A stretch of DNA of 64,000 bases from Desulfobacca acetoxidans (lineage in GTDB: Bacteria > Desulfobacterota > Desulfobaccia > Desulfobaccales > 0-14-0-80-60-11): assembly GCA_020722205.1 (NCBI GenBank), contig DYLF01000004.1, positions 17,375 through 81,374 on the forward strand, in the 5' to 3' direction. The translations under genes and the position numbers were made by a program. The notes under the pieces are model-generated. The model saw only the letters and a list, made by a program, of their open reading frames with translations, was not told the DNA's origin and searched no databases. Shown here piece after piece: positions 1-8,945 of this stretch. Numbering within the stretch: the first letter of the stretch is position 1; each line of letters starts with the position of its first letter.

Positions 1-1
1 T

Positions 2-805
2 CCTACTAATTTGATATTCAATATTGTGGCCATTCCCAGCGGCGTCTATCGCTATCTGCGGGAGGGGCGCATGAACTGGCCTCTTACCTGGGTGGTGATC
101 CTGGGAACTTTACCAGGCCTCCTGTTCGGCGCCCTGATCCGCGTCAAGTGGCTGCCCGACCCTAAAAACTTCAAGCTTTTCGTCGGCTGTGTGCTTCTCT
201 ATATCGGGGGCCGGCTCCTTTATGACCAGACCACGATCGCTCGGCGCAAGAAGGCCAGAATCCAGGAATTTGAAGCCCAAGTGCAGGAAAGGCTGAAGGC
301 CGTCATGGCGGCCGCCGGGCAGACCAGCGGCCGCGGTCTCCCCCCCGGGGCCCGGGTCAAGACTGCCGCTTGGAGTTGGCGACGAGTATCTTATGAGTTT
401 CTGGGAGAAACCTTTTCCTTTAGCGTCCCCACCCTGTTCACTTTGGCATTGGCCGTGGGTCTCATCGGCGGCACTTATGGCATCGGCGGCGGCGCCATCA
501 TCGCCCCCTTTGTGGCGGCCATCTTCGGTCTGCCCATCTATACCATCGCCGGCGCCGCCCTGATGGGTACTTTTATTACTTCCGTGGCGGGAGTGGCGAT
601 TTATTATGCTCTGGTACCCTTTTGTCCGGGCCAGGCAGTGGCCCCGGATCTGGCCCTGGGGGTGCTCTTCGGCCTCGGCGGGTTCTGCGGCATGTATTTG
701 GGGGCCAGGTTGCAGAAGTTCATCCGGGCAAACTTCATCCGCATCGGCTTGGGTTTTGTCATTTCGGGACTGGCCCTGCGATATATTGTGGGGTTTTTCT
801 TTTAA
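2..805 (+). CDS. TSUP/TauE-SafE (DUF81) family membrane anion exporter, 5' end cut by window edge
   Basis: The frame is open to the window edge, so the listed TTG at 11 is probably internal. Polytopic hydrophobic protein with the Gly-rich 'GGTYGIGGGAIIAPF' segment typical of DUF81/TauE transporters. Confidence 0.65.
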   Translation, partial: PTNLIFNIVAIPSGVYRYLREGRMNWPLTWVVILGTLPGLLFGALIRVKWLPDPKNFKLFVGCVLLYIGGRLLYDQTTIARRKKARIQEFEAQVQERLKAVMAAAGQTSGRGLPPGARVKTAAWSWRRVSYEFLGETFSFSVPTLFTLALAVGLIGGTYGIGGGAIIAPFVAAIFGLPIYTIAGAALMGTFITSVAGVAIYYALVPFCPGQAVAPDLALGVLFGLGGFCGMYLGARLQKFIRANFIRIGLGFVISGLALRYIVGFFF

Positions 806-831
806 ATTATGCTGCTTATCTGATCCAAAAA

Positions 832-1206
832 CTACAGCAGTTTGTGGGCGAGCAAATACTCCATACACCTCTGGGCATAGGTGGTCATGGTGCTGATAAT
901 CCAGGTGAGATGGTTCTGAACTTCTTGGAGCAGTCCGGAATCCACCATGCCGATGAGGCCGGTCATGACTGCGTGGACTCGGACTATATCCTGGTCTTTC
1001 ACCAAGGCGCCGCCAAAGGCCAGTTCCTGCTCCAGACCCCGCAGAAATTCCAGGAAGAGGCTTCGTCCCCCAGCCTTCTCCGGCTCTTGCAACTGCATGA
1101 GGTAATCCAGGAGGCGTGAGGCCAACAGCAATTCCGTCTTCAGACGATCGGCAAAATGGAAGACGTTGATGGCTTCCCGTGAGCTGGTCGGCACGAAATC
1201 AGGCAT
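832..1206 (-). CDS. hypothetical protein (helical, no recognisable motif)
   Basis: 124-aa ORF with an AT-rich promoter-like region upstream (1207-1300). The overlapping plus-strand ORF 622..1119 looks like a shadow frame. Confidence 0.45.
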   Translation of the reverse strand: MPDFVPTSSREAINVFHFADRLKTELLLASRLLDYLMQLQEPEKAGGRSLFLEFLRGLEQELAFGGALVKDQDIVRVHAVMTGLIGMVDSGLLQEVQNHLTWIISTMTTYAQRCMEYLLAHKLL

Positions 1207-1415
1207 ACATGGCTTACCGGGTAGTTTCCCGGGTGGAATTTTTAATTTATCATAAATTATGCTATGAAAGTTTCAAAGTTCAAGATGCAAATTTTATAAT
1301 TCGACCACCGGCCGGTATGAGCCGGGCGAATTTTATTTGCAAAGACTGCGAGATGACATCTCAGACTTTTCTTTTTCACCTTTGCCCCTAAAAAGATGAA
1401 CAGTGATTTTCATCC

Positions 1416-2003
1416 TCAGGGGGTCTGCCCACTTGATCCCTTGATCAAACGCTGGCTCAACCGAGCGGCCTTGTCTGCCGGCAGCAGGCCTAAAATCGCT
1501 CCGGCCTCCTTACCCTTTAGGCGCCTGAGGAGCTGCACCGCCACCTCCTCGTCCATCTTTTCCAAAAGCTTGCTGGCCCGCTCCGCCGGCATGGTTTCCA
1601 AAGTGGCGATCAGATGGCGGTTGTGTTCCCCTTTAATTCTTTTTTCCTCCTCCAAGAGCTCCAACATCCTGGTCTGCGTGGCCTGAAGCTCTTGTAGGCG
1701 CTCCTCCACTTCCTTTTTCAGAAGGCGCAACTGTTCTTCTTTGGCGGAAAGGGCTGCTTCCCGCCTCTGCAATGATTGGCGTTCCTTTTCAATCAGGGCC
1801 AAGACCCTCGGCCCTACCGAACTTGTGTCAGCATCGTAAGATACGGGGGTGGCTGCTTCGCTCACCTTGGGACCGCTGAAGGAGATGAGATGGGGGGGAG
1901 CCAGGAAGAGGCCAGATAAAGCGATCTTGGCCGCCAAACCCATGATCAGGCAGTAATTCAACGCCCGCCAGTGCGATTCCGAAATAGTATCGCTGAGATG
2001 CAT
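1416..2003 (-). CDS. MgtE_N-domain flagellar accessory protein (YlxF/MotE-like), N-terminal TM anchor
   Basis: The C-terminal 'MPAERASKLLEKMDEEVAVQLLRRLKGKEAGAILGLLPADKAARL' matches the MgtE intracellular N-domain pattern. There is a central coiled coil. Its position directly after fliJ matches ylxF in the Bacillus fla/che operon. Confidence 0.6.
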   Translation of the reverse strand: MHLSDTISESHWRALNYCLIMGLAAKIALSGLFLAPPHLISFSGPKVSEAATPVSYDADTSSVGPRVLALIEKERQSLQRREAALSAKEEQLRLLKKEVEERLQELQATQTRMLELLEEEKRIKGEHNRHLIATLETMPAERASKLLEKMDEEVAVQLLRRLKGKEAGAILGLLPADKAARLSQRLIKGSSGQTP

Positions 2004-2155
2004 AACTTACCCCCCTCTGACCGTGAGTCCTAAGCTGCTAACCCCTAAATGTGAATTAGCCCAGAACCTAAACTCCAGAACCCAAAACAGAAACCCTTAT
2101 AAGCTGCGTATTAATTACTGAACTGGTTACTGAACAGAGGGCCACTAACCACTCC

Positions 2156-2602
2156 TCACTTCGCCCAGCGGGTCAGCGCTATGGCCTCGGTTTCCTTTTC
2201 CCACACTTTGGCCACCTCGCGTTTGTAGGCCAGGAACTTTTTCTCCCGCAATCTTTCGAGCAAGCGGCGTTCCTGATACAGGGTCTGCAAGATGCCTTGC
2301 CTCTGTTCCACTATTGCTTCTTCCTGGCGAATACGCTCCTGCCAGCCGGTTATCGCCAGCTTCAGATGGTCCAGATAATCTCTTAGAAGCTTAAAGTCTA
2401 AGGAACTCCACTCCCTGGCGCCGGCATCCTTTAACTCGGCTACCAATCGCTGCCAGCGGCCCTGGGTGTCTTGCAGGGACCGGCGGCTGCGCTCCAGTTG
2501 TCGCAAGGCCTGGGCCAGCAAAAGTATCGCCTGTTCCTCCCGCAATCTCCGCACCTTGAGGACAGTCTCCAAAGAGAAGCGGAAACGGCCCCCAGGACTC
2601 AT
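2156..2602 (-). CDS. fliJ: flagellar export chaperone FliJ
   Basis: 148-aa all-coiled-coil protein starting 'FRFSLETVLKVRRLREEQA'. It overlaps the fliI stop by 4 nt and occupies the fliJ slot of the operon. Confidence 0.8.
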   Translation of the reverse strand: MSPGGRFRFSLETVLKVRRLREEQAILLLAQALRQLERSRRSLQDTQGRWQRLVAELKDAGAREWSSLDFKLLRDYLDHLKLAITGWQERIRQEEAIVEQRQGILQTLYQERRLLERLREKKFLAYKREVAKVWEKETEAIALTRWAK

Positions 2603-3912
2603 GGCGAAAAAATGTCCTGCAATTCCTGAACGGCCTGCTCCAGAGAAACGGCCTCTTCAGTCGGCTGGCGCAAAAAACGTTCCACCTGCGCGATTTTGTC
2701 CAGCGCATAATCGATCTCAGGATTGGCCCCGCGCACATAAGCGTTGATATTCACCAGATCTTCAGCCCGGCGATAAGTTGCGGTGACCTTCACCAGGTTT
2801 TCCCGTCCCTGCATGTGCTCCGGAGTAGTTATCTGGGGCATGAGACGGCTGATACTGCCGAGCACATCAATGGCCGGATAATGCCCCCGGTCTGCCAGCT
2901 CCCGACTAAGGACGATATGCCCATCTAATATAGCTCGCACCGCATCGGCAATGGGCTCCAACAAATCATCCCCCTCCACCAGTACGGTGTAAACCCCGGT
3001 AATACTACCCTTCCCCTGACAGGTGCCAGCGCGCTCGAGCAAAACGGGAAGCTGGGCAAAGACCGAGGGCGTATATCCCCTGGCGGTAGGCGGTTCACCG
3101 ATGGCCAACCCGATTTCCCGGGCTGCCATGGCAAAGCGGGTCAGAGAGTCCATCATAAGCAGCACTTCCAGTCCTTGGTCGCGAAAATATTCTGCAATGG
3201 CGGTGGCCAGATAAGCCCCCCGAAGACGCAGCAGCGAGGGGCTGTCGGAGGTGACGGCCACCACGCACGACCTAGCCAAGCCTTCTGGCCCCAGATCGCG
3301 TTCCAGAAATTCCTTGACCTCCCGACCCCTCTCGCCGATAAGGCCGATGACCGTGACGTCGGCGCGGGTGTAACGGGCCATCATCCCCATGAGGGTGCTT
3401 TTGCCTACTCCTGAACCGGCGAAGATGCCCACCCGCTGGCCCTTTCCCAAGGTGAGGACGCCGTTAATGGCCCGGATGCCGACATCCAGCGGTTCACTGA
3501 TGGTGCCCCTGTTGCAAGGATTGATGGGGCTCGCATAAAGAGGATAATAAGACGAAGCCGCCAGCGGGCCTAGCCTGTCCAGTGGCCTGGCCAGACCGTC
3601 GATGACCCGCCCCAATAACGCTTCTCCCACCGGCACGTGGGCTACTTGTTCGGCGAGCACCACCCTGGTTTGTGGTTGAATGCCACGCACCTCACCTTGG
3701 GGCATAAGCAAAACCTCCCCCTGGCGGAAACCTACCACCTCCGCCATAATATAGGGATGAGGCGGCGGCATCTCCAGCGTGCAGGTCGAACCCACGGCAC
3801 TTTGCGGTCCCCGGCTCCGGATAACCAAGCCGATCATTTCCTGCACCCGCCCGACCAAGGCTAAGGGGTCTACTTGTTTAAGCCTTGCCCCCAGGTGTTG
3901 CCAGTCAATCAT
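2599..3912 (-). CDS. fliI: flagellum-specific ATPase FliI
   Basis: Walker A 'GSGVGKST' and Walker B 'VLLMMDSLTR'. F1-beta-like ATPase fold located between fliH and fliJ. Confidence 0.95.
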   Translation of the reverse strand: MIDWQHLGARLKQVDPLALVGRVQEMIGLVIRSRGPQSAVGSTCTLEMPPPHPYIMAEVVGFRQGEVLLMPQGEVRGIQPQTRVVLAEQVAHVPVGEALLGRVIDGLARPLDRLGPLAASSYYPLYASPINPCNRGTISEPLDVGIRAINGVLTLGKGQRVGIFAGSGVGKSTLMGMMARYTRADVTVIGLIGERGREVKEFLERDLGPEGLARSCVVAVTSDSPSLLRLRGAYLATAIAEYFRDQGLEVLLMMDSLTRFAMAAREIGLAIGEPPTARGYTPSVFAQLPVLLERAGTCQGKGSITGVYTVLVEGDDLLEPIADAVRAILDGHIVLSRELADRGHYPAIDVLGSISRLMPQITTPEHMQGRENLVKVTATYRRAEDLVNINAYVRGANPEIDYALDKIAQVERFLRQPTEEAVSLEQAVQELQDIFSP

Positions 3913-4007
3913 TCTTCGGTTTCGGTCTTTGCGGTCATTCTCTGAATTAGCAGCAATATGGTTGGTGGTCCATTGTTGCGGCCTGAGAAGACCGCAGTGA
4001 AATGGCT

Positions 4008-4712
4008 CTATTTTCCTTTTAGGTTGCTAATCATGTCGTCAATGACTTTGGCGACCCGGCCCCAGCGGGTCTCCAAGGCGCCGTCGATGTCGCCGTGAAT
4101 CGTCTCCAAACGAAACCCCCCTGGGGTCAAAGATCCGTCAACCGCCAAGGTGATGCCTGACGGCCATCCGGATAAATCAGCTTGCTGGATAATTTCATAA
4201 TCGTGGGGGTGCACGCACAGTCTGACATTCTCCGTCTCGGCCAAGTGGCGAAACCCGCTTTCGATTATCTTGCAGATCCTTTGAGGCTGGGTGGCAAGTT
4301 CATGGCCCACCAGCTTCTCCCCTATGAGGAGAACGAGCTCCAGAAGATCAGCCTCCCGTTGCCGGAACAGTACTGTCTTCTCCTCCTCCAGGGCGGCGGC
4401 CAGGTTCCGCAACCGTTGGACCGCCTGCTCCAAGCTTCTTTCCCCTACTTCCCGCCCGTCTTTTTTACCTTGCAAAAAGCCCTGCTCATAAGCCAACTTT
4501 TCCACTTCCTGGGCCTTGACTTTGGCGGCTGCCAAGATCTCTTGGGCCTCGGCCGCGGCTTCCTTCTCAGTGAGGCGGCGGGGGCGCGGGGCGCTATATT
4601 CCAATGGCTGAAACCCAAAAGGCTTTATCGCCGGGCCAGGTCCGGTCTCCGAGTGGCCTGCTGAGGTATGAAAATCCTCAATTTCCCAAGCTTCAATCTT
4701 AAACGAAGACAT
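4008..4712 (-). CDS. fliH: flagellar assembly protein FliH
   Basis: 234 aa with a charged coiled-coil N-terminal half and a FliH-type C-terminal domain. Sits between fliG and fliI and overlaps fliG by 14 nt. Confidence 0.8.
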   Translation of the reverse strand: MSSFKIEAWEIEDFHTSAGHSETGPGPAIKPFGFQPLEYSAPRPRRLTEKEAAAEAQEILAAAKVKAQEVEKLAYEQGFLQGKKDGREVGERSLEQAVQRLRNLAAALEEEKTVLFRQREADLLELVLLIGEKLVGHELATQPQRICKIIESGFRHLAETENVRLCVHPHDYEIIQQADLSGWPSGITLAVDGSLTPGGFRLETIHGDIDGALETRWGRVAKVIDDMISNLKGK

Positions 4713-5715
4713 CCTCGCTGCCTTTGCTGCTCAGCACAATCTGGCCTTCGCCTTCCAGGCGTTTGGCGATCTGGATGATCTTCTGTTGGGCGGCCTCCAC
4801 ATCGCGCAGTCGCACCGGCCCCATGATTTCCAGCTCCTCCTGAAGCATTTCGGCCGCTCGGGAGGACATGTTCTTGAAAAACTTGGTTTTTAGCTCCTCG
4901 GAGGCGGCTTTCAGTGCTAGCGCCAGGTCCTGGGTGTTGATTTCTTTCAGGAGAGTCATAATACCCCGTTCCTCAATATTCACCAGATCCTCAAAGGTAA
5001 ACAGATAACGCCTGATTTCTTCGGCCAGTTCTTCATCATCATATTCTTCCAACCTCTTCAGAATATTGGCCTCATGGGTGCGTTCCATCTGGTTCAGGAT
5101 CTCGGCGATGGATTGAGCCCCACCCACAGCGCGTCCACCCACCTCCTCCACCATGGAAATCTCTTCTCGGAGAGCGGCATCCACTTCTTCCAGAATGGCA
5201 GGAGAGACCTGGTCCAAGTTGGCAATCCGCCGCACTACCTCCAATTGCAAGTTCTCCGGAAACACCGCCAGGACCGCACCCGCCTGAGCTCGATCCAGGT
5301 GGGCCAATACCAAGGCTACGGTCTGGGGATGCTCATTGCGCAGAAAGGAAGCAACAGTGCGAGGGTCGAGTTTTTTGACTTTTTGAAAGAACTCCGGGGT
5401 CCTCTCCAGTTCCAACGTTTCCATCAGATTTTCCTGGCGTTGGCTGTCCAGAGCCCGGGAAATTGTATTTTTAAAAAACAAATCTCCTTTGACCACCAGG
5501 GCGTCAGGAGCTTCCATCATCTTAATGAACTCTTCAATAATGTCGGCCAGTTGTTTGGTCGGCACCAGATCCAGTTTCGAGATCTTTTGGCCGATGAGTT
5601 GAATCTCACTGTCGTCCAGGAGCTTCAACAGCTCAGCGGCGCGGCCTTCCCCCAGACTGAAGACCAGCAAGGCGGCCTTATCAATGCCGCTCAGTTTTTC
5701 TCCCTTGCCTAGCAT
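4699..5715 (-). CDS. fliG: flagellar motor switch protein FliG
   Basis: 338 aa with FliG hallmarks: 'GIDKAALLVFSLGE', 'EHPQTVALVLAHL' and a C-terminal 'MSSRAAEMLQEELE...GPVRLRDVEAAQQKI'. Confidence 0.95.
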   Translation of the reverse strand: MLGKGEKLSGIDKAALLVFSLGEGRAAELLKLLDDSEIQLIGQKISKLDLVPTKQLADIIEEFIKMMEAPDALVVKGDLFFKNTISRALDSQRQENLMETLELERTPEFFQKVKKLDPRTVASFLRNEHPQTVALVLAHLDRAQAGAVLAVFPENLQLEVVRRIANLDQVSPAILEEVDAALREEISMVEEVGGRAVGGAQSIAEILNQMERTHEANILKRLEEYDDEELAEEIRRYLFTFEDLVNIEERGIMTLLKEINTQDLALALKAASEELKTKFFKNMSSRAAEMLQEELEIMGPVRLRDVEAAQQKIIQIAKRLEGEGQIVLSSKGSEDVFV

Positions 5716-5746
5716 ACTTTTTTCCGTCTGATCTGATAGTCATCAT

Positions 5747-7420
5747 TTATCTGGTGACCCCCCCATGCAGCCAGAGGCGCAGCACTTCCACCGCCCGCTC
5801 CGGGTAGGCGGCTATGAGCTGAGCCAGACGCTCCTGGTTCGATATGGCATCGGGCAGCGCCGCCGGTGGCTGAGGGGCCTTTAGCTGAGTTATCACTTTT
5901 TCCTGGACGGGCAGAGCTTCAGTTACCTCCTCACCGGGAGGTAAGGTGGCAAGCGGTGGAGCTTCCAGGAGGGGGGAGCGGGCCGACACCCGGCGCTTTC
6001 TCAGGATAAACATTAACACTCCCAGGATGAGGAGCACCAGCGCACCGATTTTCAGGGAAGATGTCAAACTCTCCTGCCAGCCGCCGGCTGGGGACGCCAC
6101 TGTTACGCCTTCCGATACTGCCGAGGCCAGCGGCACGCAGGAAATTTCCAACTGATCACCCCGCTCTGCATCAAAACCCACGGCCTTTTTCGCCAGGTTG
6201 GCCAGTTGACGCATCTCCTCGGCGGGACGCACCGTAAAAGCGTTGTCCTTCCCTTTGTAAATGCCATCCACCACCACGGCCAAGGAGAGACGTTTGATCT
6301 TGCCCGGCTGGTCCACCACCTGGCGCACCTCCCGGTTGATCTCATAATTCTTCACTTCGCTCTGGCGTTCCGTGAAGCTGCCGCTGGGAGGAATCTGCGC
6401 TTGGGTGGGAGGAGTCAACGGTGGCGGGCCTTTGCCCGGCGCCGGCGCCGCTATGGTGCCCCGGTTGAGGTCCACCCGGCTTTCCGGGTTGCCGCCGGCC
6501 TCCCCCCGGTTGCTACGTTCCAAGGTCTTCTGTTCGCTGCGCACCAGCTCCCGGTTGGGAGTATAAGTTTCTTCATGGATATCTATCTTGCGAAAATCCA
6601 AATCGGCAAAGATTTTCACGGAGGATTTCCTTGGTCCTAAAACCTGGTCCAGCAATGATTGCACCTTTTGTTCTAGGTTCCCCTCCACCTGGCGTTGAAA
6701 GTTGGTTTGCAGGCTCGACAGCCCGGTGGAACCCAAGGCATCTTGAGGACGGCTCAGTATCTTGCCGTTTAGGTCCAGGATAGTTACCTGGCGGGGACTG
6801 AGGCCAGGGACAGCACTGGCCACCAAATTGGCAATGCCCTCGATCTGCACCGGGCTTAACATTCGCCCAGGCCGCAGCTTTACCGCCACCGAGGCGCTGG
6901 CCTTTTTCTGCTCTTCCACAAACAGTGACTCCTTGGGGGTAACGATATGAACCCGGGCCTCCGAAATCTCCGGCATCCCTACAATGGTCCGGGCCAGTTC
7001 CCCCTGCAAGGCCCTCTGATAATTGAGACGCTGAACAAAATCCGTCGCCCCCAGATTTTGCCGATCAAATAATTCAAACCCTACACCCCCACCCCGGGGG
7101 ATGCCCTCGGAGGCCATTTGTAAACGCAGTTCATAAACCTCGGCCTTGGGTACCATGATGGTGGTGCCCCCGGCCTCAATCCGGTACGGGACTTTCTTGC
7201 TCTTGAGTTTGCTAATGATGGTGGCCCCATCTTCCTGGCTCAGGTTGGTAAACAAGACCGCGTAATCCGTTTGATTAGTGAGCAGAGTCAGAAAAAGCAC
7301 GGCCAACAGGCCGGCACCGGCCAACGCCGTCCATAACAGACGCGGCATCAGGGGCAGAGCCAGGTAGCGTTGTTTGGCAGCCTGAAAATATTTTTTAACC
7401 CGGTCCATGAGGCCTTCCAA
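5747..7420 (-). CDS. fliF: flagellar MS-ring protein FliF
   Basis: 557 aa with an N-terminal TM, a YscJ/FliF periplasmic domain ('YAVLFTNLSQEDGATIISKLKSKKVPYR'), a second TM near the C-terminus and a FliG-binding tail. Confidence 0.95.
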   Translation of the reverse strand: MEGLMDRVKKYFQAAKQRYLALPLMPRLLWTALAGAGLLAVLFLTLLTNQTDYAVLFTNLSQEDGATIISKLKSKKVPYRIEAGGTTIMVPKAEVYELRLQMASEGIPRGGGVGFELFDRQNLGATDFVQRLNYQRALQGELARTIVGMPEISEARVHIVTPKESLFVEEQKKASASVAVKLRPGRMLSPVQIEGIANLVASAVPGLSPRQVTILDLNGKILSRPQDALGSTGLSSLQTNFQRQVEGNLEQKVQSLLDQVLGPRKSSVKIFADLDFRKIDIHEETYTPNRELVRSEQKTLERSNRGEAGGNPESRVDLNRGTIAAPAPGKGPPPLTPPTQAQIPPSGSFTERQSEVKNYEINREVRQVVDQPGKIKRLSLAVVVDGIYKGKDNAFTVRPAEEMRQLANLAKKAVGFDAERGDQLEISCVPLASAVSEGVTVASPAGGWQESLTSSLKIGALVLLILGVLMFILRKRRVSARSPLLEAPPLATLPPGEEVTEALPVQEKVITQLKAPQPPAALPDAISNQERLAQLIAAYPERAVEVLRLWLHGGVTR

Positions 7421-7488
7421 TTAAAGTTTGCTGTTTTTGGATATCCTGAGTCGCTGATTGGCCGTATTTGCCTAAGGCACACTGCTCG

Positions 7489-7779
7489 CTATAACGGCAT
7501 CCGGCTCAGCTCTTCATAAGCCTGAACCAACTTGTTGCGCACCTGCACCAACAACCGCAGGCTCATATTAGCCTTTTCCAACGCCAGCATGGCTTCATGC
7601 AGGTCCTCCTTCCCCATAAGCGACTGACCTGCAACCCTGTCCGCCTGCAGTTGCAGGGCATTGACTTCAGATAGCATATTTTTAAAGACGGAGTTGGTGC
7701 TGACTGCGGCGTCTGATGGCCTGAGCGCCTCCTCAGTCGGTGACCCCAACGATGTTGGAGTTAGCGCGGTGACATCCAT
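7489..7779 (-). CDS. fliE: flagellar hook-basal body complex protein FliE
   Basis: 96 aa with the typical C-terminal 'VQVRNKLVQAYEELSRMPL'. Confidence 0.9.
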   Translation of the reverse strand: MDVTALTPTSLGSPTEEALRPSDAAVSTNSVFKNMLSEVNALQLQADRVAGQSLMGKEDLHEAMLALEKANMSLRLLVQVRNKLVQAYEELSRMPL

Positions 7780-7813
7780 GGCCAGCTCCTATCATAACTA
7801 AACTTGTCTCTGT

Positions 7814-8239
7814 TTAACGGCCGATGTCCAAGGCCTTCTGGGCCATGGTCTTGGCGCTGCGAATTACCGCCACATTAGCATCAAAGGCCCGGCTGGCCAG
7901 CGTCAGACTGACCATTTCCTGCACCGGATTGACATTGGGCAACTTCACCATGCCGTTGGCATCGGCGTCAGGGTGACCGGGGTCATACTCTTCTACAAAA
8001 TTCTGTTGGTCATTGACCACTTCTGAGACTGCCACCTTTTGGGGAGTTTCCAGCAGGCTGGCAAAATCATCCATCGGCCTAGTTTCCAACACCACATGTT
8101 TCCGACGGTAGGGGCCCCCCTCAGGTGTCCGGGTGGTGTTGGCATTAGCTAGGTTCTCAGAAATGACATCGAGGCGCTGGCGCTGGGCCGCGAGGCCGGA
8201 AGCGCTGATCTCAAAGGCGTTAAAGATGTTCATGCTCAT
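7814..8239 (-). CDS. flgC: flagellar basal-body rod protein FlgC
   Basis: 'FEISASGLAAQRQRLDVISENLANANTTRT' at the N-terminus and a C-terminal rod motif 'MVSLTLASRAFDANVAVI'. Confidence 0.95.
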   Translation of the reverse strand: MSMNIFNAFEISASGLAAQRQRLDVISENLANANTTRTPEGGPYRRKHVVLETRPMDDFASLLETPQKVAVSEVVNDQQNFVEEYDPGHPDADANGMVKLPNVNPVQEMVSLTLASRAFDANVAVIRSAKTMAQKALDIGR

Positions 8240-8295
8240 GCTCCTTTATTGCGGAATCTCTGGACAGGCAGGAATATGCAAGATGTCATCAATGC

Positions 8296-8685
8296 TCAGC
8301 GCGTTCCTCCTTCCATAGCGCTCCGCAATTGCTCCAGTTTTTTGTTCAGCATTTGGATGGAAGCCTGATAGGTGATCTGATTTTTTGACATCAGCACCAT
8401 TTCCTGGTCCAGGTCCACTTCCCTCCCGGTGTCACGCACCATGCCCGACAGTGTGGGTTTGGGTCCCGAGATATGGCCGGGGTTGGTGACGGCCAGACCA
8501 ATTTCCAGGTGTTTACCCAGATAGTCTTTCAGGACCATGGCAAAATCTAATTCCTTGCGGGTGTAACCGGGAGTATCAAGGTTGGCAACGTTGGCGGCAA
8601 TAATTTCTTGCTGGCGGCTCGACAAAACAAGAGATTTTTCCAGCCATCGCATGGTTTCATCACTGACCGGGTCCCAAGGCATCAT
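8296..8685 (-). CDS. flgB: flagellar basal-body rod protein FlgB
   Basis: 'RQQEIIAANVANLDTPGYTRKELDF' and a C-terminal 'QITYQASIQMLNKKLEQL'. GGAG lies 5 nt upstream of the ATG. First gene of the operon. Confidence 0.9.
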   Translation of the reverse strand: MMPWDPVSDETMRWLEKSLVLSSRQQEIIAANVANLDTPGYTRKELDFAMVLKDYLGKHLEIGLAVTNPGHISGPKPTLSGMVRDTGREVDLDQEMVLMSKNQITYQASIQMLNKKLEQLRSAMEGGTR

Positions 8686-8945
8686 CTTCTCCCCTTATAT
8701 AAACGACAGCCATGAGCAGCAAGCAGTAAGCAGGGTGGGTGGGGCGATAAGCCACCTTTCCTATTCTCAGGCTTCACTGGAGATGCACCTAACATGCTTC
8801 CCCCTGGGAAAAACTTACCCTCTTGTGAAGGTGCGGGCGTGTTGGCCGCGCAATTGCGGACAGCCCGGTTGCCCTGTTCATTACTGAATCTCTCTTTATT
8901 TACGGCTTACTGCCCCCTTCTTTCCGCTTAATAATAAAGCAATAA

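Noticed and set aside
110-868. Long antisense or alternative-frame ORFs throughout the window (for example 110..868-, 5074..5712+, 21757..22335+, 23387..24136+, 25262..25921+, 29057..29842+, 33902..34546+, 53750..54643-, 49586..50260-)
   Set aside because: They lie entirely inside well-supported genes on the opposite strand or in another frame. They have Arg/Gly/Pro/His-rich low-complexity compositions typical of shadow ORFs in GC-rich DNA, and they lack start-site signals.
1306-1340. Terminator between the hypothetical gene (832-1206) and the flagellar operon end
   Set aside because: There is only a 5-bp CCGGC/GCCGG stem with an 8-nt loop. The T tract is on the plus strand, where no upstream plus-strand gene requires it. 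Too weak to call.
2062-2135. Dispersed short intergenic words: AGAACC(C) (2062-2096, 56221-56305, rc at 63680-63715), TTACTGAA(C/T) (2115-2135 tandem, 8881, rc 20248), GTAAGCCGTAAA (51086-51097 and rc 8899-8912), GCTTACGG upstream of relA, ubiX and truA starts, GTTCTTGGCG/CGCCAAGAAC (53291, 53362, 59227)
   Set aside because: They are suggestive of a repeat family. However, for about 6 kb of intergenic DNA in both orientations there are roughly 3.6e7 position pairs against 4^12 (about 1.7e7) possible 12-mers, so about two exact 12-mer coincidences are expected by chance, and the shorter words are expected many times. No longer shared element or consistent position relative to genes emerged. 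Only the ileS-leader duplication is kept as a finding, because of its local structure.
8843-8857. Good sigma-54 consensus match TGGCCG-CGCAA-TTGC in the flgB upstream region
   Set aside because: It is on the plus strand and points away from flgB into the 3' end of the convergently placed activator gene. It overlaps the 10-bp palindrome CGCAATTGCG, so the match may be fortuitous. I found no correctly oriented GG-N10-GC element upstream of flgB. An antisense promoter cannot be excluded but is unsupported.
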